Source: Octopus vulgaris
Taxonomy: Eukaryota
Direction of reading: 5' to 3'
DNA length: 64,000 nucleotides
Assembly (NCBI GenBank): GCA_951406725.2
Contig: OX597828.1
Span: 43,276,001-43,340,000, forward strand
Within the stretch, counting starts at the first letter, position 1. Each line of letters starts with the position of its first letter. A program made the translations under genes and the position numbers. Positions 29,160 through 42,994 of this stretch are shown one piece after another. The notes below the pieces were generated by a model, which was given only the letters and a program-made list of their open reading frames with translations, was not told the DNA's origin and made no database searches.

Positions 29160-29263
29160 AACGATACGTGTTTCGTGGCTATATTTAAGAAATGATTATA
29201 GCCAAAATATTATTATCAGTAGTAAAATCACTTCAATATAATTATATAGCCACTCGTCAGGTT
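29160..29263 (-). ncRNA. Hammerhead motif with long stem II inside a TA-flanked AT-rich insert (about 29000-29340)
   Basis: AAC CTGACGA GTGGCTATAT ... ATATAGCCAC GAAAC acgt ATC GTT. 10-bp stem II, palindromic ACGT loop; AUC is probably a decayed GUC. Confidence 0.7.
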
Positions 29264-29350
29264 AAAAAAATAACTACAATAAAAAATAATTAAGTAAGAA
29301 ATATATTATATACTATATACATTAAATCAGATTATTAATATATATATGTG

Positions 29351-29394
<44 letters not shown>

Positions 29395-29781
29395 CTTTTA
29401 TTCATTTATTCTTTTATTTATGTCAATCATTTGACTATGGCCATGCTGACGCACCGCCCACAGTAGAATAAATCGATCGACACCAGGAATGGTCTTTGTA
29501 AGCCTAGTACTTATTCTACCGGTCACTTTTGCCGAGTTGCTACGTTACGGCGGCGTAAAGACTCCAACATCGGTTGTCAAGCGATGGTGATGGTGGTGGT
29601 GTGGGGGACAAACACATACATATATATTTATGCGACCGGCTTTTTTCACTTTCCGCGTACCAAATCCAAATCCACTGACAAGGCTTTGGTCGGCCAGAGG
29701 CTATAGTAGAAAGCACTTGCCAAAGGTGTCACGCTGTGGGACTGAATCCGGAACCATGCGGTCGGTAAGCAAGCTCTCCTG
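29395..29781 (-). mobile_element. SINE family A (diverged)
   Basis: Homology to 7039-7452. Confidence 0.8.
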
Positions 29782-29827
29782 TAGTAGACGATAGATTGGG
29801 GATATATATATATATATATATATAATT

Positions 29828-30675
29828 TTAATCCAAACGGGAAAACAAAAAAACAACAACAATGGAACAATTACAGTATTATTATTAATAGGCGCTCAGG
29901 AAATGGAAGCAGGAAGGTATGACGTTTCGAGCGGAGCTCTTCGTCGGAAACATAAAGAAGGAAGAGAGAGGAAAGAAAGATCCCAAAGCGGGCAACAGGG
30001 GATAGAGAAAAAAAACGACTGGTATTTACGAGTTACACATGGTGAAAGGCGGAAGTTTACGATAACAAGAGCAAAGTAGGTTTTTAAAGCCAAAAGAGTG
30101 GAGACAAGGTTGGTAACGCAACAGATGTGTGTGTATGTGTGAGTGTGTGCGTGTGCGTGTGTGTATGTGTGTGTGTGAGGCGAGAGAAAAAAAAAAAAAT
30201 ATATGTATGTGTTAGTGTGTGCGTCTGTGTGTAGGCGTGTGAGGTAGGGCGAGACAGTGGTAGGCATAGCAGACAATGGTCAGTAGTAAGAAAAAGAAGG
30301 AAGGGAGGGAGGGGAAGGGGTGGGGGCGTATGTAGCGTGCCAGTGTGTGTTGAGTAGTAGTGTGTGTGTGTGTCCAGTGTCGTGGTAGTATTAATGGCGA
30401 GTAGATTGAATGTGTGTAAGAGTAATGTATATATTTAAGCAATGTGTGTATATGTGTGCGCGTGTGTGTAACAAAAAAGGGGGGTTAAGGAAAAAGGACT
30501 CCAGCTGAGGGGAAGATGGAAGAGTGGTCCCGCGGAGACGGGCGTGGGAAAACCCAACGACAAGCGACGGTCCCAGGAACGAGCGGGAGGCCTCGTCGGG
30601 TCCAAGAGCGAGGTGCATGCGGCGCGTATGCGTGCGCGAACCGGCGCAAGCGCGTGTGTGCGCGCGCCTGCGAGT
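29828..30675 (-). mobile_element. PLE 3' fragment, second family, with HHR motif at 29917-29951 (core CCGACGA)
   Basis: CCGACGA A GAGC tcc GCTC GAAA CG TC. Shares the gcgctcaggaaa block and GT-rich UTR style with the full PLE; GC-rich coding-like 5' part; TA flanks. Confidence 0.7.
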
Positions 30676-30686
30676 AATATATATAG

Positions 30687-30890
30687 TTAATCCACACTAG
30701 AAAACAAAAAAACACAACAACGCAAGGACGTGGAACAAATAAAGTATTATTGGACGCTCAGGAAAGGAGGGAAGAAGGAGGGTTTAACGTTTCGAGCGGA
30801 GCTCTTCGTCGGAAACATAGGAGAAGGAAAGATCCCGAGAAGGGTAGACAGAGGAAAAAAATCGCCGGTGGTACTCACGAGGTCACATAC
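30687..30890 (-). mobile_element. PLE 3' fragment, second family, with HHR motif at 30782-30816
   Basis: GTTT CCGACGA A GAGC tcc GCTC GAAA CG TT AAAC; diverged paralog of 29828-30050. Confidence 0.75.
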
Positions 30891-30896
30891 TGAAAA

Positions 30897-31089
<193 letters not shown>

Positions 31090-31561
31090 TGAAATTTTGA
31101 ATTTAGTTCACAAACCCCTACTACTACCTTTGCAGACTACCAGGAGTCCGCGGACTACAGGTTGGGAACTACGGGTCTGGACTCTAACACATATACACAC
31201 TTTACATATATGCAAGATATTATATCATACGATTAATACAATATATTTCCTAGCTACCCAGTTCGATAATGATGAGCAAAAAACCCATGTGCATCGCTAA
31301 AAATGCTTAGAATTTGGGTTTTGCAAAGGGAACATTTCTTTTATTCGATATGGAAAAAAATAACGTAAGATATTTATTTATCTTAGAAATACATTTTCAG
31401 GGTAACATAGAAATGAAATATATTATCGCGATAAATAACTTTAGTTACATTCCACAAAGCGAAGTAAAAGATATATTGTTTGTTTCGGTGATATGGATTA
31501 GACTATTTCTGAAATATTGTGCTCTATATACAAGAACTGTCATTTTAAAATAGTGCCATCC

Positions 31562-31642
<81 letters not shown>

Positions 31643-32113
31643 TATAGATTGATAGATAGATAGATAAATATATGCATATATATGTATATATAAATATGTA
31701 TATATATGTATATATACGTATATATATAAGTATATACATATATATACATATATATACGTATATACATATATATACCTTTATTACATACACATATATATAT
31801 ACATATATATACATACATATATTTATATATATATGTAGAGGATGATACAGATATATTTATATATTATATATGCATGTATGTACATATATGTATGTGTATA
31901 TATATATATGAGCATTCACTGGTACACGTGTGTATGTTTGTGCAATTATATGTTTATATCCATATATACATTTATCATGAAATATGTTGGACGAGGATTG
32001 CTTGTGTTCTGAACCAAATTGTGTTTCGCGACTTCGCTGTCGAAAATATAAGTACATATTTCATTCGAGTAAAATACGTGGCTATATATATATTTCCTTC
32101 GAGTAAAATATGT

Positions 32114-32158
<45 letters not shown>

Positions 32159-32849
32159 CGTACACATAGAGAGGCACGCATACACACACACACACACAAA
32201 CTCACACACGCATGCATGAATAACACTGCATCCATAAAACCTCTCTCCCGCTGCTGGTTTAGTATTTATTGCTTTCAGACGATTCATTGTTTTCTGTAAA
32301 AGCTTCCAATTATATTTTAGATACACAATTTAGGTATGCTTTTATGCTAAAATCGGAAAACGAATTACCAGTGGATCTCCTATGTAAAGAGAAATTACAA
32401 AAACCTATACAGTTGAGTATACATAATCCGGACATATTTTTCATTTTCCCAATACACATACCCACACGTATATACATTCCTATTACATTTTCTTCCAATA
32501 TATATATATATTATATGGTGAGAGAGAGAGACAGAGAGACAGAGAGAGAGATGCATAAATAGATATTTTTGTATATATGTAACATATATGCAAACGCATG
32601 TCTGCACATGTGTTGGTTTCTCCATATATATATATATATTTCGTAGTTTTGAAATTTTGTTCTGTGCTTACGTTCTATCTTTCTACATAGACGTGCCTAT
32701 GCTACACCACATATTAGTGCTGAGTGATATTGCAACCCCACGTGCAGTATCTTCTACTCACCTTCTCACTGGTTGTTTTATGTACTTGCTCGTATTTAAT
32801 GGTTGCATATATACGCATATATATACATACATATATAACTCGTTTAGTC

Positions 32850-33238
32850 TTTTACTCTCTTATTTGTTTCAGTCATTTGAATGAGGCCACGCTGGAGCAC
32901 CACCTTTAGTCGAACAAATAGACTCCGGGGCTTTATTATTTGTAAGCCTAATACTTATTCTATCGATCTTTTTTGCCGAACAGTTAAGTTATGGGGACGT
33001 AAAGATACCAGCATCGGTTGTCAAGCGATGGTGGGAGGCCAAAAACAGACACACAAACACCTCCCCCACACACAAATATATACGGCGGGCTTCTTTCAGT
33101 TTTACTAAATACACTGATAAAGCTTTGATCGGCCCGAGGCTATAACAAAAGACACTTTCCTAAGGTCCCACGTAGATGGCCCGAACCCGGAAGCATATGT
33201 GTTTAACAAGCAAGCTACTTACAACAGAGCCACTCCTG
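32850..33238 (-). mobile_element. SINE family A
   Basis: Homology to 7039-7452. Confidence 0.82.
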
Positions 33239-33386
33239 TACGTATGTATGTGCATGCATGTATGTATGTATGTATGTATGTATGTATGTATGTATGTATG
33301 TATGTATGTATGTATGTATGTATGTATGTATGTATGTGCGTGTGTATATATATATAATATGCCTCTGTGTGTGTATGTGTAAGTTA

Positions 33387-33453
<67 letters not shown>

Positions 33454-33779
33454 AATCTGGAGATTTGGCAGCACCAGTAAAGCAAAAGATATGTTTAGTT
33501 ACTATGGTTTGATTCGATAGGAAACGCCTCCGTTATAAAATCTTCGAGGATTGGTTAGGTTCAAGATCGGATATAATTGTCTGTTCTCTTCCACCAAAAT
33601 ATTTTATAACGTTATTCTCTTACAACAGGTTTGCGGAACAACAGAATCGTTAAAGCATCAGCAAAATGCATGTTGTTATCTAATCTAGTTCAGCTTAACA
33701 ATATTCTAATTTGTAATATCACCTTTACGTTACTTCTTTCCACAGCAGATTTATTTTAGAAAGTTAGAGCAAGACCCAA

Positions 33780-34060
33780 CTCCGAGTTCTTTTATCGTCT
33801 CTCATTGGCCGAGCGATATACACAAAATTACAATGAAATACAATCAGCCGAATGCACCTGATCCGAACTCCACTAGATGTGGTATTTCATAAACGCCAGG
33901 TGGATACATAGGAGCCTTGACAAGGTGGATCTGGCTTTCTTAGAATACCGGAAACTAATTGACCATAACCCTTGCTTGACGGGTGTTCCTCAGAAGATTG
34001 CATACACTTTCCTCTCGCCCTGTAGCAACTGTTAACTTGCTAGAACCAGTCAAGTTCTCG
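33780..34060 (+). pseudogene. Possible very old CR1/L2 RT remnant
   Basis: VDLAFLEYRKLIDHNPC...QKIAY resembles VDxxYLDFxKAFDxVPH; many disruptions. Confidence 0.25.
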
Positions 34061-34699
34061 GGTCAATATAATTGGCTAAGTTTCTGCCTTTAAAGTTCCA
34101 TACATTGCGTCTATATTAGAAACAATATTTGCATACAATAAAGGTGGCGAGATGGCAGAAACGTTATATATATGATTACATAGTGTAATCATTAAATTTC
34201 TAATGTTGAGTTTTTGACAACTTTAGTATCTCTTAGAACGATCCAAAAGCCTGAATCTTTAGAACATGTTTTTGACCAATCTGCATGCAGCTTAAACATC
34301 ACCGTTTGCCAGGCGTACTGATATTCTGTAACTTGTTTATATTTATATGCTATAGATAGATTTATATGCTAGAGATAGATTTTGATCCACATAGTTAACT
34401 GGTTGTTATATTATTGCTGTTATTTCCGTTCAGAACAGGTTTCAATATTTTAATTAACAGTCTTTCTTTTATCTTTCTTCCAACCTCACTTGTGTCATGT
34501 AGTTTGTGGAAAGGATTCAACTGTCAGTTAGACACATTTGAAATTTGATGATTACACTATGTATGAAAGCGCTAATTCAATTAATGAGCACTAGAAAATA
34601 GTTTTATTATTTTAAAACACCGTAATAAAAAAGGAGAAAACCAGGCTATGTTTTAAGTTTATTCAACTGATATATTATTCTATACACATTCACAATATG

Positions 34700-34789
<90 letters not shown>

Positions 34790-34855
34790 CTCTGCCTGTG
34801 CCTTAAGAAAAAATATGGAGCTAGTCTCAAGAAAAAACATATATATATACATACA

Positions 34856-34993
<138 letters not shown>

Positions 34994-35064
34994 TGTATGT
35001 ATGTATGTATGTATGTATGTATATATGTATGTTTTTTCTTGAGACTAGCTCCATATTTTTTCTT

Positions 35065-35245
35065 AAGGCACAGGCAGACGCCATGGCCTTATGATAAGAA
35101 GTTTGCTTCCCAACCGCATGTACTCAAGTTCAATCTCATTGCGTGGCACCTTGGGCAAATGTTTTTTCTCTCTAGCCTCGAACCGACCAAGGACTTGTGA
35201 GTGGATTTCATAGACGGAAGTATTGCGTATGTTTATCCCCGTCAT
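35065..35245 (+). mobile_element. SINE family A, 5' part
   Basis: Homology to 7039-7190. Confidence 0.7.
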
Positions 35246-35858
35246 ATATTATATATATATATGTTATATATATCGGCATATATTTAGATTTACTCATATA
35301 TAAATATATACATACACATACGGCACTAAAATTACGTCGTTAGACAGAAGACTTTTACGTGTACACACGCGCCCCCGTATGTATATATGCATGTATATAT
35401 GTATGTATGTATGTAAGTAGGTATGTATGTACGTACGTATGTACGTATATATGTATGTAAGTATATGTAATCATGCGTTAACATTTCCTAAATTTACTTT
35501 CTTTTCATTTGAGACAAACATTGGTGTCTGTTTTATGAGGTTAGTGTTTGCGAGGTTATATCAAAGTTAAAAGCCGCTATGTGAACGCTTACACAATTTG
35601 CATGTATCTTGAACTGAAAAGGGGTTGAGAGAGTGAGAGAAAAGAAGAGTGAGAGCAAAGATTAAGTGGAGCAGGTACTTTATATATCTATGTTTTACTC
35701 ACTTTACTTGATTTATTACTTCTTTGTGTGTCTGCGAGTAACCCTACCTGTCTATCCATCGCCATTTATATGTCTGCCTTTATCTGTCAAACATTATGTC
35801 TATGTATGCACGTACGTATCTATCTTTTTATCTATCAATCTATCAGTTTATCTATCTA

Positions 35859-35909
<51 letters not shown>

Positions 35910-36119
35910 ATATATATATATTTACCTGTCTGTCCGTCCGTCCATCAGTCCCTCTGTCTGTCTGTCTATCGATCTATCTATCCATCCATCTATCTATCTA
36001 TGTATCTATCTATCCAACTATCCATCCATCCATCCATCTATCATCAATGTATCTATCTCTCTACCTAGCTAACACCTTACCTCCCTCCCTCCCTCCCTCC
36101 CTCTCTACCTACCTACCAG

Positions 36120-36180
<61 letters not shown>

Positions 36181-36958
36181 ATGTCTGTCTATCTATCTAT
36201 TTCATTCCCTCTATTAATTTAACTATGAGTTCATCTGTCTACCTGTCTGTCTGCCTGTCTCTCTCTCTCTATCTTTCTATCTATCTATGTACCAATCGAT
36301 TAATAAATTTGTGTGCGTTCGCATGAGTGTTTGTGTACTTCTATATTACGTCCTCGAGAAATATCTGTTTATCTGTGTGGATGTGTGTGTGCACGCGCGC
36401 GTGTGTATGTATGTGTATGTGTGTGTCTAAAAGAGAAAATACAGAGATCAATAAACCGAAAGACTGAGAGAAATAGATAGACAGAATGAGAAAGAGAGAG
36501 GGAGAGAGATAGAGAGCGAGAAAGAGGAAGCAGAGAGAGAGGTGTATTTTAGTTGAAAGACAACAGGAGTGAAAAGCCGTTAGAGGCTGCGATGTAAACA
36601 GAAAGCCATGATGTTGCACGACTTGCATTCCCTCGTGTTTAGTTGATGTGAAATAAAGGTGCATATGAATACAGCAATTGATGTAATAGGACGGCAAAAG
36701 CCTTAATATTTGATCTGTCTGTCAAATTGAGTCGTTGTCAATGGTGGAAGAGCGATTTGTTGTCATCGAGCGAAAAATCTGTTCAAACATTAGTTTAAGA
36801 CTTCAATTGAAATGATCTTTCATCGTTGTTGCATCGGGGTTCAGTTGATTGCAGTATTAAGTATGACAGTCACCTTTTAAACCAGTGAAGTGAATGGATG
36901 AGTTCCCAACTGAATATCTGTTAAAACTTAAAGTGTGTCCATCATATACAGAGATAAA

Positions 36959-36991
<33 letters not shown>

Positions 36992-37151
36992 GTACACATA
37001 TATATTTATGTATGTATTTATGTATTTATGTATATATATATATATATATATATGAATATAAATGAAAAAAAATAAATATGAAGAGATATGAATGCGACAA
37101 ACGTAGGCAGTGTGTCGTGTTATTACGTTCCGATGAAATAACAGCAAACTA

Positions 37152-37199
<48 letters not shown>

Positions 37200-38419
37200 A
37201 TTCACTTTTTTTAGTCTGTCGTTCCGTCTCTCTCTTTAAACTACATAGAAGTATCTTCTCTATGCCTCTTTCTCTCGCTTTGCTATATATCAAAATCAGA
37301 ATACAATCAATCTGGCACTCACTGTGTGTGTATTCATTATAGTTATATATATATATATATACACATACATACATCTATCTATTCATATACTACATAAACA
37401 TCCACACGCACACAGATATATAAATAGATACGAACACGCACATACATATATATATATATATGTACATACATACACGTGCAGTCACACATACACGCACAAA
37501 TACACATATACTGGGACATACATCGTTTCACTCCCGTATTACTCAGGTTTTTGTTACACACGTACACCATGCTTTTAATCCCCAATGTTGCTCCGTATAA
37601 TAGGTCGTTGAGCAAAGTGCATTTGTAAGTTCGCTTCTCATTGGTCAAGGCTACTTACATGATCCGATGTTTCGCATATCTACAGGAGATCTCCATTATA
37701 ATTGAGAAAGAGTCGAGGACGATGGTTCGAGCGTATCGATATCGATTCCAATTTGTTCCGTCATTCCACATTAAATTGCACTTAAAATACATTATGATTT
37801 CTGTCGGCTGAAAATGCTTTGATTTCATGTTGGCTGGATATTTTTCGAGGAACTGGAGTATTGTAGCATCAATTGGAAAAGATATCTGACTTCCTGTTAT
37901 GGGATGTCGCTTCTTACGTCAGTGGATGTCTATACTTTAACCAGGCCCTAAGAACAACCTGTCACTTTGTTGGATGCTCTGCTAGCCAAGCCGCAATCCT
38001 CTACATTTTGCATATAAACGAAGCAGATACAACAGTTGCTGAAAGTTGATTGAAGATACGATTTACATCGATAAATGTTTGAACCACTCGGTAGCCATAA
38101 TAAATACCATCGTAACATGTATAATCACGCGAGTCTCTAAACTAAACTAAGAGAGGAATAGCTAGCATATGATTCACTAGTATTATAAGATGTCTGCTAG
38201 AGAAAAGCCTCTTCAGTGTCAAATTGACATAATAAACTACGAAGAGCAACACTATAAAACAGTGTTGACCTCGATAAAGGAATACAATTTTTTTTATTTA
38301 CGGCATAGCTTAGCAACCGTCTTATAAATATATGCCTATTTCTTAGCTTTAATGAAACATCATATCTCACATGACCTGTACCTCAAAATAACATTGGTTT
38401 CAAAATGTTAGGAAAACGC

Positions 38420-38545
38420 AAGTCGATTACATCATCCCAAGTGCAGTGTTCAACTGGTTCTTAATCTGTTGACCCCGAAAGGATGAAAGACAAGGTCGAC
38501 TTGGTGGAATTTGAATTCAAAATATAAAGACGGACGAAATACATA
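38420..38545 (-). mobile_element. SINE family B fragment
   Basis: gaccccgaaaggatgaaag.caaggtcgac. Confidence 0.7.
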
Positions 38546-38794
38546 CCTCTGAATAATATAAATGTCAACTAAACCTGTATGGAAAACTTAGCTTCACAGA
38601 TCAAATTCTACTGCAGAAATCATCCTCATGCAACAAGCTCGCCATTGTCCAAATTGTAATTGTTTGCATTCATTGTGAAGGCAAATATTTATGTGAATAG
38701 AAATAACGAATGTAAAAAATTTCTGTCCGCTCTCGAAATTCACATGGGAAATCAACGACAAAATATCAGTACGAATTGTAAATTGAAAATAGTT

Positions 38795-39148
38795 GATAAG
38801 GGTTTTCTTCCCAACAACGTGGTTCTGTGTTCAGCCCCACTGCGTGAAACCTTGAGAAAGTGTCTTCTATTATATCCTAGGGCCGACCAAGGCCTCGTCG
38901 ATGGAATTGATTGTCGGGAACTGTAAGAAGACCGCTGTATGTATGTATGTGTATGAATATATATATATATATTTATATATCATCATGATCACCGTGACCG
39001 ACCAGGATATCAGATGTTGGTACACATCGCTGGTCACAATGCGCTTGGCATTGTTTTAGCCTTCAGATGACGCCACCCCGTTGGCTAAGCGAACAGGCCA
39101 ACATTTATACACACACACACACATAAACACACACACACACACACTCAT

Positions 39149-39199
<51 letters not shown>

Positions 39200-39420
39200 T
39201 GTGTGTCCTTGTGTCTGTGTTTGTCTCCCATCACGTTCAACAAACACTGTTGGTATGTTTATGTCTCTCTCCAACTTTCCGGTTCGGTAAAAGATAACGA
39301 TAGACTAAGTACCAGGCTTTAAATAAATAAGAACTGGGGTCGATTCATTCGACCAAATGTTCTTCAAGTCGGTGCCCCAGCATTGCCGCAGTCTAACGAC
39401 TGAAACAAGTAAGATATAAA
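38795..39420 (+). mobile_element. SINE family A interrupted in its internal microsatellite by a ~120-bp insert (about 38980-39102)
   Basis: 5' part about 38795-38935, 3' part about 39200-39420. Confidence 0.7.
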
Positions 39421-39549
39421 AAAAAATACAAAGATTTACTGCAAACGATGAATGTCGCTCTCACAGTTCGGGAGAGAAATTCATTGAGAATTTCCTTGTA
39501 TGAATTGCAATAAGACTTAAGATAGTCGATAAGGGTAACTTAATAATAA

Positions 39550-39845
39550 TGGCACTCCATTGGTTACGACGACGAGGGTTCCGATTCATCCGATCAATGG
39601 AGGAGCCTGCTGGTGAAATTAGCATGCAAGTAGCTGAGTACTCCACAGACATACGTACCCATAACGTAGTTCTCTACGAGATTCAGCGTGACACAGAACG
39701 TGACAAGGCTAGCTCTTTATAATACTGGAACAACTCATTTTCTCCAGCTGAGAAATAAAATGTCTCACTCAGGGAAACGACACATCGCTGGGTATCGAAC
39801 TCACGTCCTTACCATCGTGAGCCGAATGCCCTAACCACTAAGGCG
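39550..39845 (-). mobile_element. SINE family C-related copy
   Basis: Tail homologous to 23350-23520; tRNA head TAGTGGTTAGGGCATTCGGC...GAGTTCGATACCC. Confidence 0.75.
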
Positions 39846-40374
39846 TGTGCTTTGACAGGAACACCTACGTTTTATTCTTAAGTAATCTGCATTATCTATT
39901 ATACAGTTGGAACGAAATAGTGGCCAATTGCCGAAAGTGAGGGAACATTTTTCTCGAGAAATTTCTTGGCAAACAGAGGACAGAATCTATGAAAATCGTT
40001 TTTAGACGACTTCATTCAATTTCGTGGTATAATTGCCCTCGACAGCCTTATACACTACAGTAACAAAATGACGAAAGCCATCGACAAACCACCAACAAAT
40101 ACCAACGTGCAGTGAGCCATAAGTAATTACATTGAAAAATGCGAGCATAAAAAATAATATTCTTAAGATTATAAACCTGAAAAGTACAAGTTATTACACC
40201 TGTAAAAGTATAGGACAAGCTATTACTTCTAGTAAAGTAAAGAAAAATAAACTTTTTACTTAAAATATTGAAGCACAGAATGCCAGTTCTTCTAATTTAT
40301 CACTCTTTACAGTTCTCATCATTTAAATTTATTGTACAAAACTCTTCAGCTAATTTGTAAGTTTGTCTAATTAG

Positions 40375-41030
40375 TCGACCTCTGCGGAATTTGAACTCAG
40401 GACGTAAAGACAGAGGAAATACCGCTTCTAAAATACAAAATATTGTCAACAACGTTAAGACTAAAGCCTGTTTTATGTGACACATTCTACCAGTATCGGA
40501 AGTTTGAAAGTGTTTAGTTAAAAAAATTAATGAAATAATATGAAAGGCGAAGTCGACCTCGGCGAAATTTGAAGTCAAAACGTAAAGACAGACAAAATAC
40601 CTATTTCTTTACTGCCCACAAGGGACTAAACACAGAGACGACAAACAAGGACAGACAGATAGATTAAGTTGATTATATCGACTCCAGTGCGTAACTAGTA
40701 CTTATTTAATCGACCCTGAAAGGATGAAAGGCAAAGTCGACCTCGGCGGAATTTGAACTCAGAACGTAGCGGCAGGCGAAATACCACAAAGCATTTCGCC
40801 CGGCGTGCTAACGTTTCTGCCAGCTCGCCACCAGACAGACAAAATACCTATTTCTTTACTACCCACAAGGGGCTAAACACAGAGAAAACAAACAAGGACA
40901 GACAAACGGATTAAGTAGATTATATCGACCCCAGTGCGTAACTGGCACTTATTTAATCGACCCCGAAAGGATGAAAGGCAAGGTCGACCGTTAAGAATTT
41001 TTCCTGGTGCAATAACGCTTCTGCTAGCCC
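40375..41030 (-). mobile_element. Cluster of nested/tandem SINE family B pieces
   Basis: At least three partial copies. Confidence 0.82.
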
Positions 41031-41636
41031 GGCACCGTAGAGAATAATCATTCATTTTAGAAATATATTCTTTACTCTTATTCCTTAAGCGTTATACTCC
41101 CTTACTTCCTTACCTACATGACATTAAATTTCGTAACATGTTACCTCATAACTCTTTTTTTACTCATTTTCGCGACTAGCGATTCTGAATTCCTCATGCA
41201 TTTTACTATCATTTTAGCCTAAGTAAAGTGTACTTTTAATTTAAAATTTTAAAAAATTATATTAATTGAAAATGAATATCTGCCTTAATGCCCCCCCCCC
41301 GCCTCGATGTCGCATATATGTTCATGTAACTTTCTTTTCTACTGAACCAAATCTCAAACTATTTATGCAATTAAAAGTTTGCAATTTAGTAAAGAACTGA
41401 ATTAGTGGTGAAATTTGGAAGCTGCTGCGATTGAGGAAATGGTGGACTTAAGAATGATTAGGTTCAAGCCTAACACCTTTCACGTTTATTTCACAGATAT
41501 TTACGCTGTCATGTGATGAATCAGCTAGAAACAGGTCGTATCCCAGTGTGAAATTTGTATACATCCATACATATATATGTAAAGATACATTGAGAAAGAG
41601 AGGGGCAGACATGATAAATATTTACATTTACATGAC

Positions 41637-41662
<26 letters not shown>

Positions 41663-41669
<7 letters not shown>

Positions 41670-42994
41670 ACGGGAAGCTTTATGAAAATAAACAAAAGAC
41701 GAAGGCAGGTGGAAAACAAACGAACAATTGTATTAGTATGGCGCTCACGAAATATAAATAAAACAAGTCTTTAACGTTTCGAGCCTACGCTCTTCAACAG
41801 AAAGATACACAGAGAGAGAAAAACACAGAAAGAAGGAGAGAAAAAAAATGCGTGCAGTAGCTAACGAATCAACATGGCGATCTGATTTCGGACAGAGGTC
41901 AAAGATCAAACATGAGACGCGAGAGCGAAATAAGGGGAGATAATAGGGTTGATAAAAGGGTTGAGGGACAAGCTAAAAGTGCGTGGGAGGGGTCTGGATG
42001 TGTGTATGTATAGGGTTGGTGTATGTATTAGTATGTATAAGGGTGTGTGTGTGTGTGTGTGTGTATGAGAGAGTATTAGTGCGTAAGATTGGTCTGGACG
42101 TGCGTATGTATGGGGTTGGTGTATGTATTAGTATGTATTAGTATGTATTAGTACGTATTGGTATGTATAGGTGTGTGTGTGTGTGTGTGAGAGAGTATAA
42201 GTGCGTATGCGGGGTCTGGACGTGTGTATGTATAGGGTTGGTGTAAGTATTAGTATGTACTAGTATGTATTAGTACGTATTAGTATGTATTAGTTGGTGT
42301 GTGTATTAGTATGGCACATCATATGTGATGTGATGTGTAAAGTCATGTGGTGTAGTGAGGAGAAGAGGGGAGGGGGAGAGGGGGAGAAGAGGGGGAGAAG
42401 GGGAGGGGAAGAAGAAGGAGGGGGGGGAGATGGAGGATGGGGGAGATGAGAGGATGGGGGAGAAGGAAGGGGATGAGGGGGATGAAGGAGGAAAGAGGGA
42501 GAGGAGGAGAGAGAAGGGGAGAGAGGGAGCAGAGGGAAGGGGAAGAGGGAGGGAGAAAGAGGGAAGAAGGGAAGGGGAGTAGGGGTGAAAGGATGAAGGA
42601 CTGAAGAAGTAGGGGTCGGGGGGAGAAAGGATAGGTGAGGAGGGGGAGAGGGGGGTTAGATGAGGAGGGGGAGAGTTGAGACCAAATGGCGTATAAGAGC
42701 GAAGAGAGAAGATTAATTCCTGTTCACGGCGCAAACGGGAATCCGGATGGCCTCTGTGTAAGGACAAACCGAACACAGATAGGTGTTGCAAGGAGTGACC
42801 GGTGGAGCGGAAATGGCGTGAGACCGGTGTGTCGTTCGCAAGGTGGATGTCACGAAGGTGTTCCGCGAACCGGTCAGCCAAGCGGCGTCCCGTTTGTCCG
42901 ATGTACAAGGAATTGCAGAGAGAGCAAGAGATGCAATAGATAATATTGCTGGAGGTGCAGGTGAAGGAGTGGATGATGGGATAGGGTCGATGGT
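41663..42994 (-). repeat. 3' pseudo-LTR of the PLE
   Basis: Near-identical to 46157-47467, with a handful of substitutions and indels in the polypurine tract. Confidence 0.92.
41768..41805 (-). ncRNA. Minimal type I hammerhead ribozyme motif (PLE 3' pLTR), core variant CUGUUGA
   Basis: Minus strand: TCTTT CTGTTGA A GAGC gtag GCTC GAAA CG TT AAAGA. Stem I TCTTT/AAAGA, stem II GAGC/GCTC, palindromic AACGTT helix III. Confidence 0.8.

Noticed and set aside
42000-42310. Short repeats (gtattagtat) with spacers resembling an array
   Set aside because: Degenerate minisatellite within the PLE 3' UTR; not CRISPR-like
42306-42675. Pro/Ser-rich C-terminal tail ending in the same peptide in both pLTRs
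   Set aside because: A polypyrimidine tract has no stops, and the second copy shifts frame internally, so there is no evidence of protein-level selection
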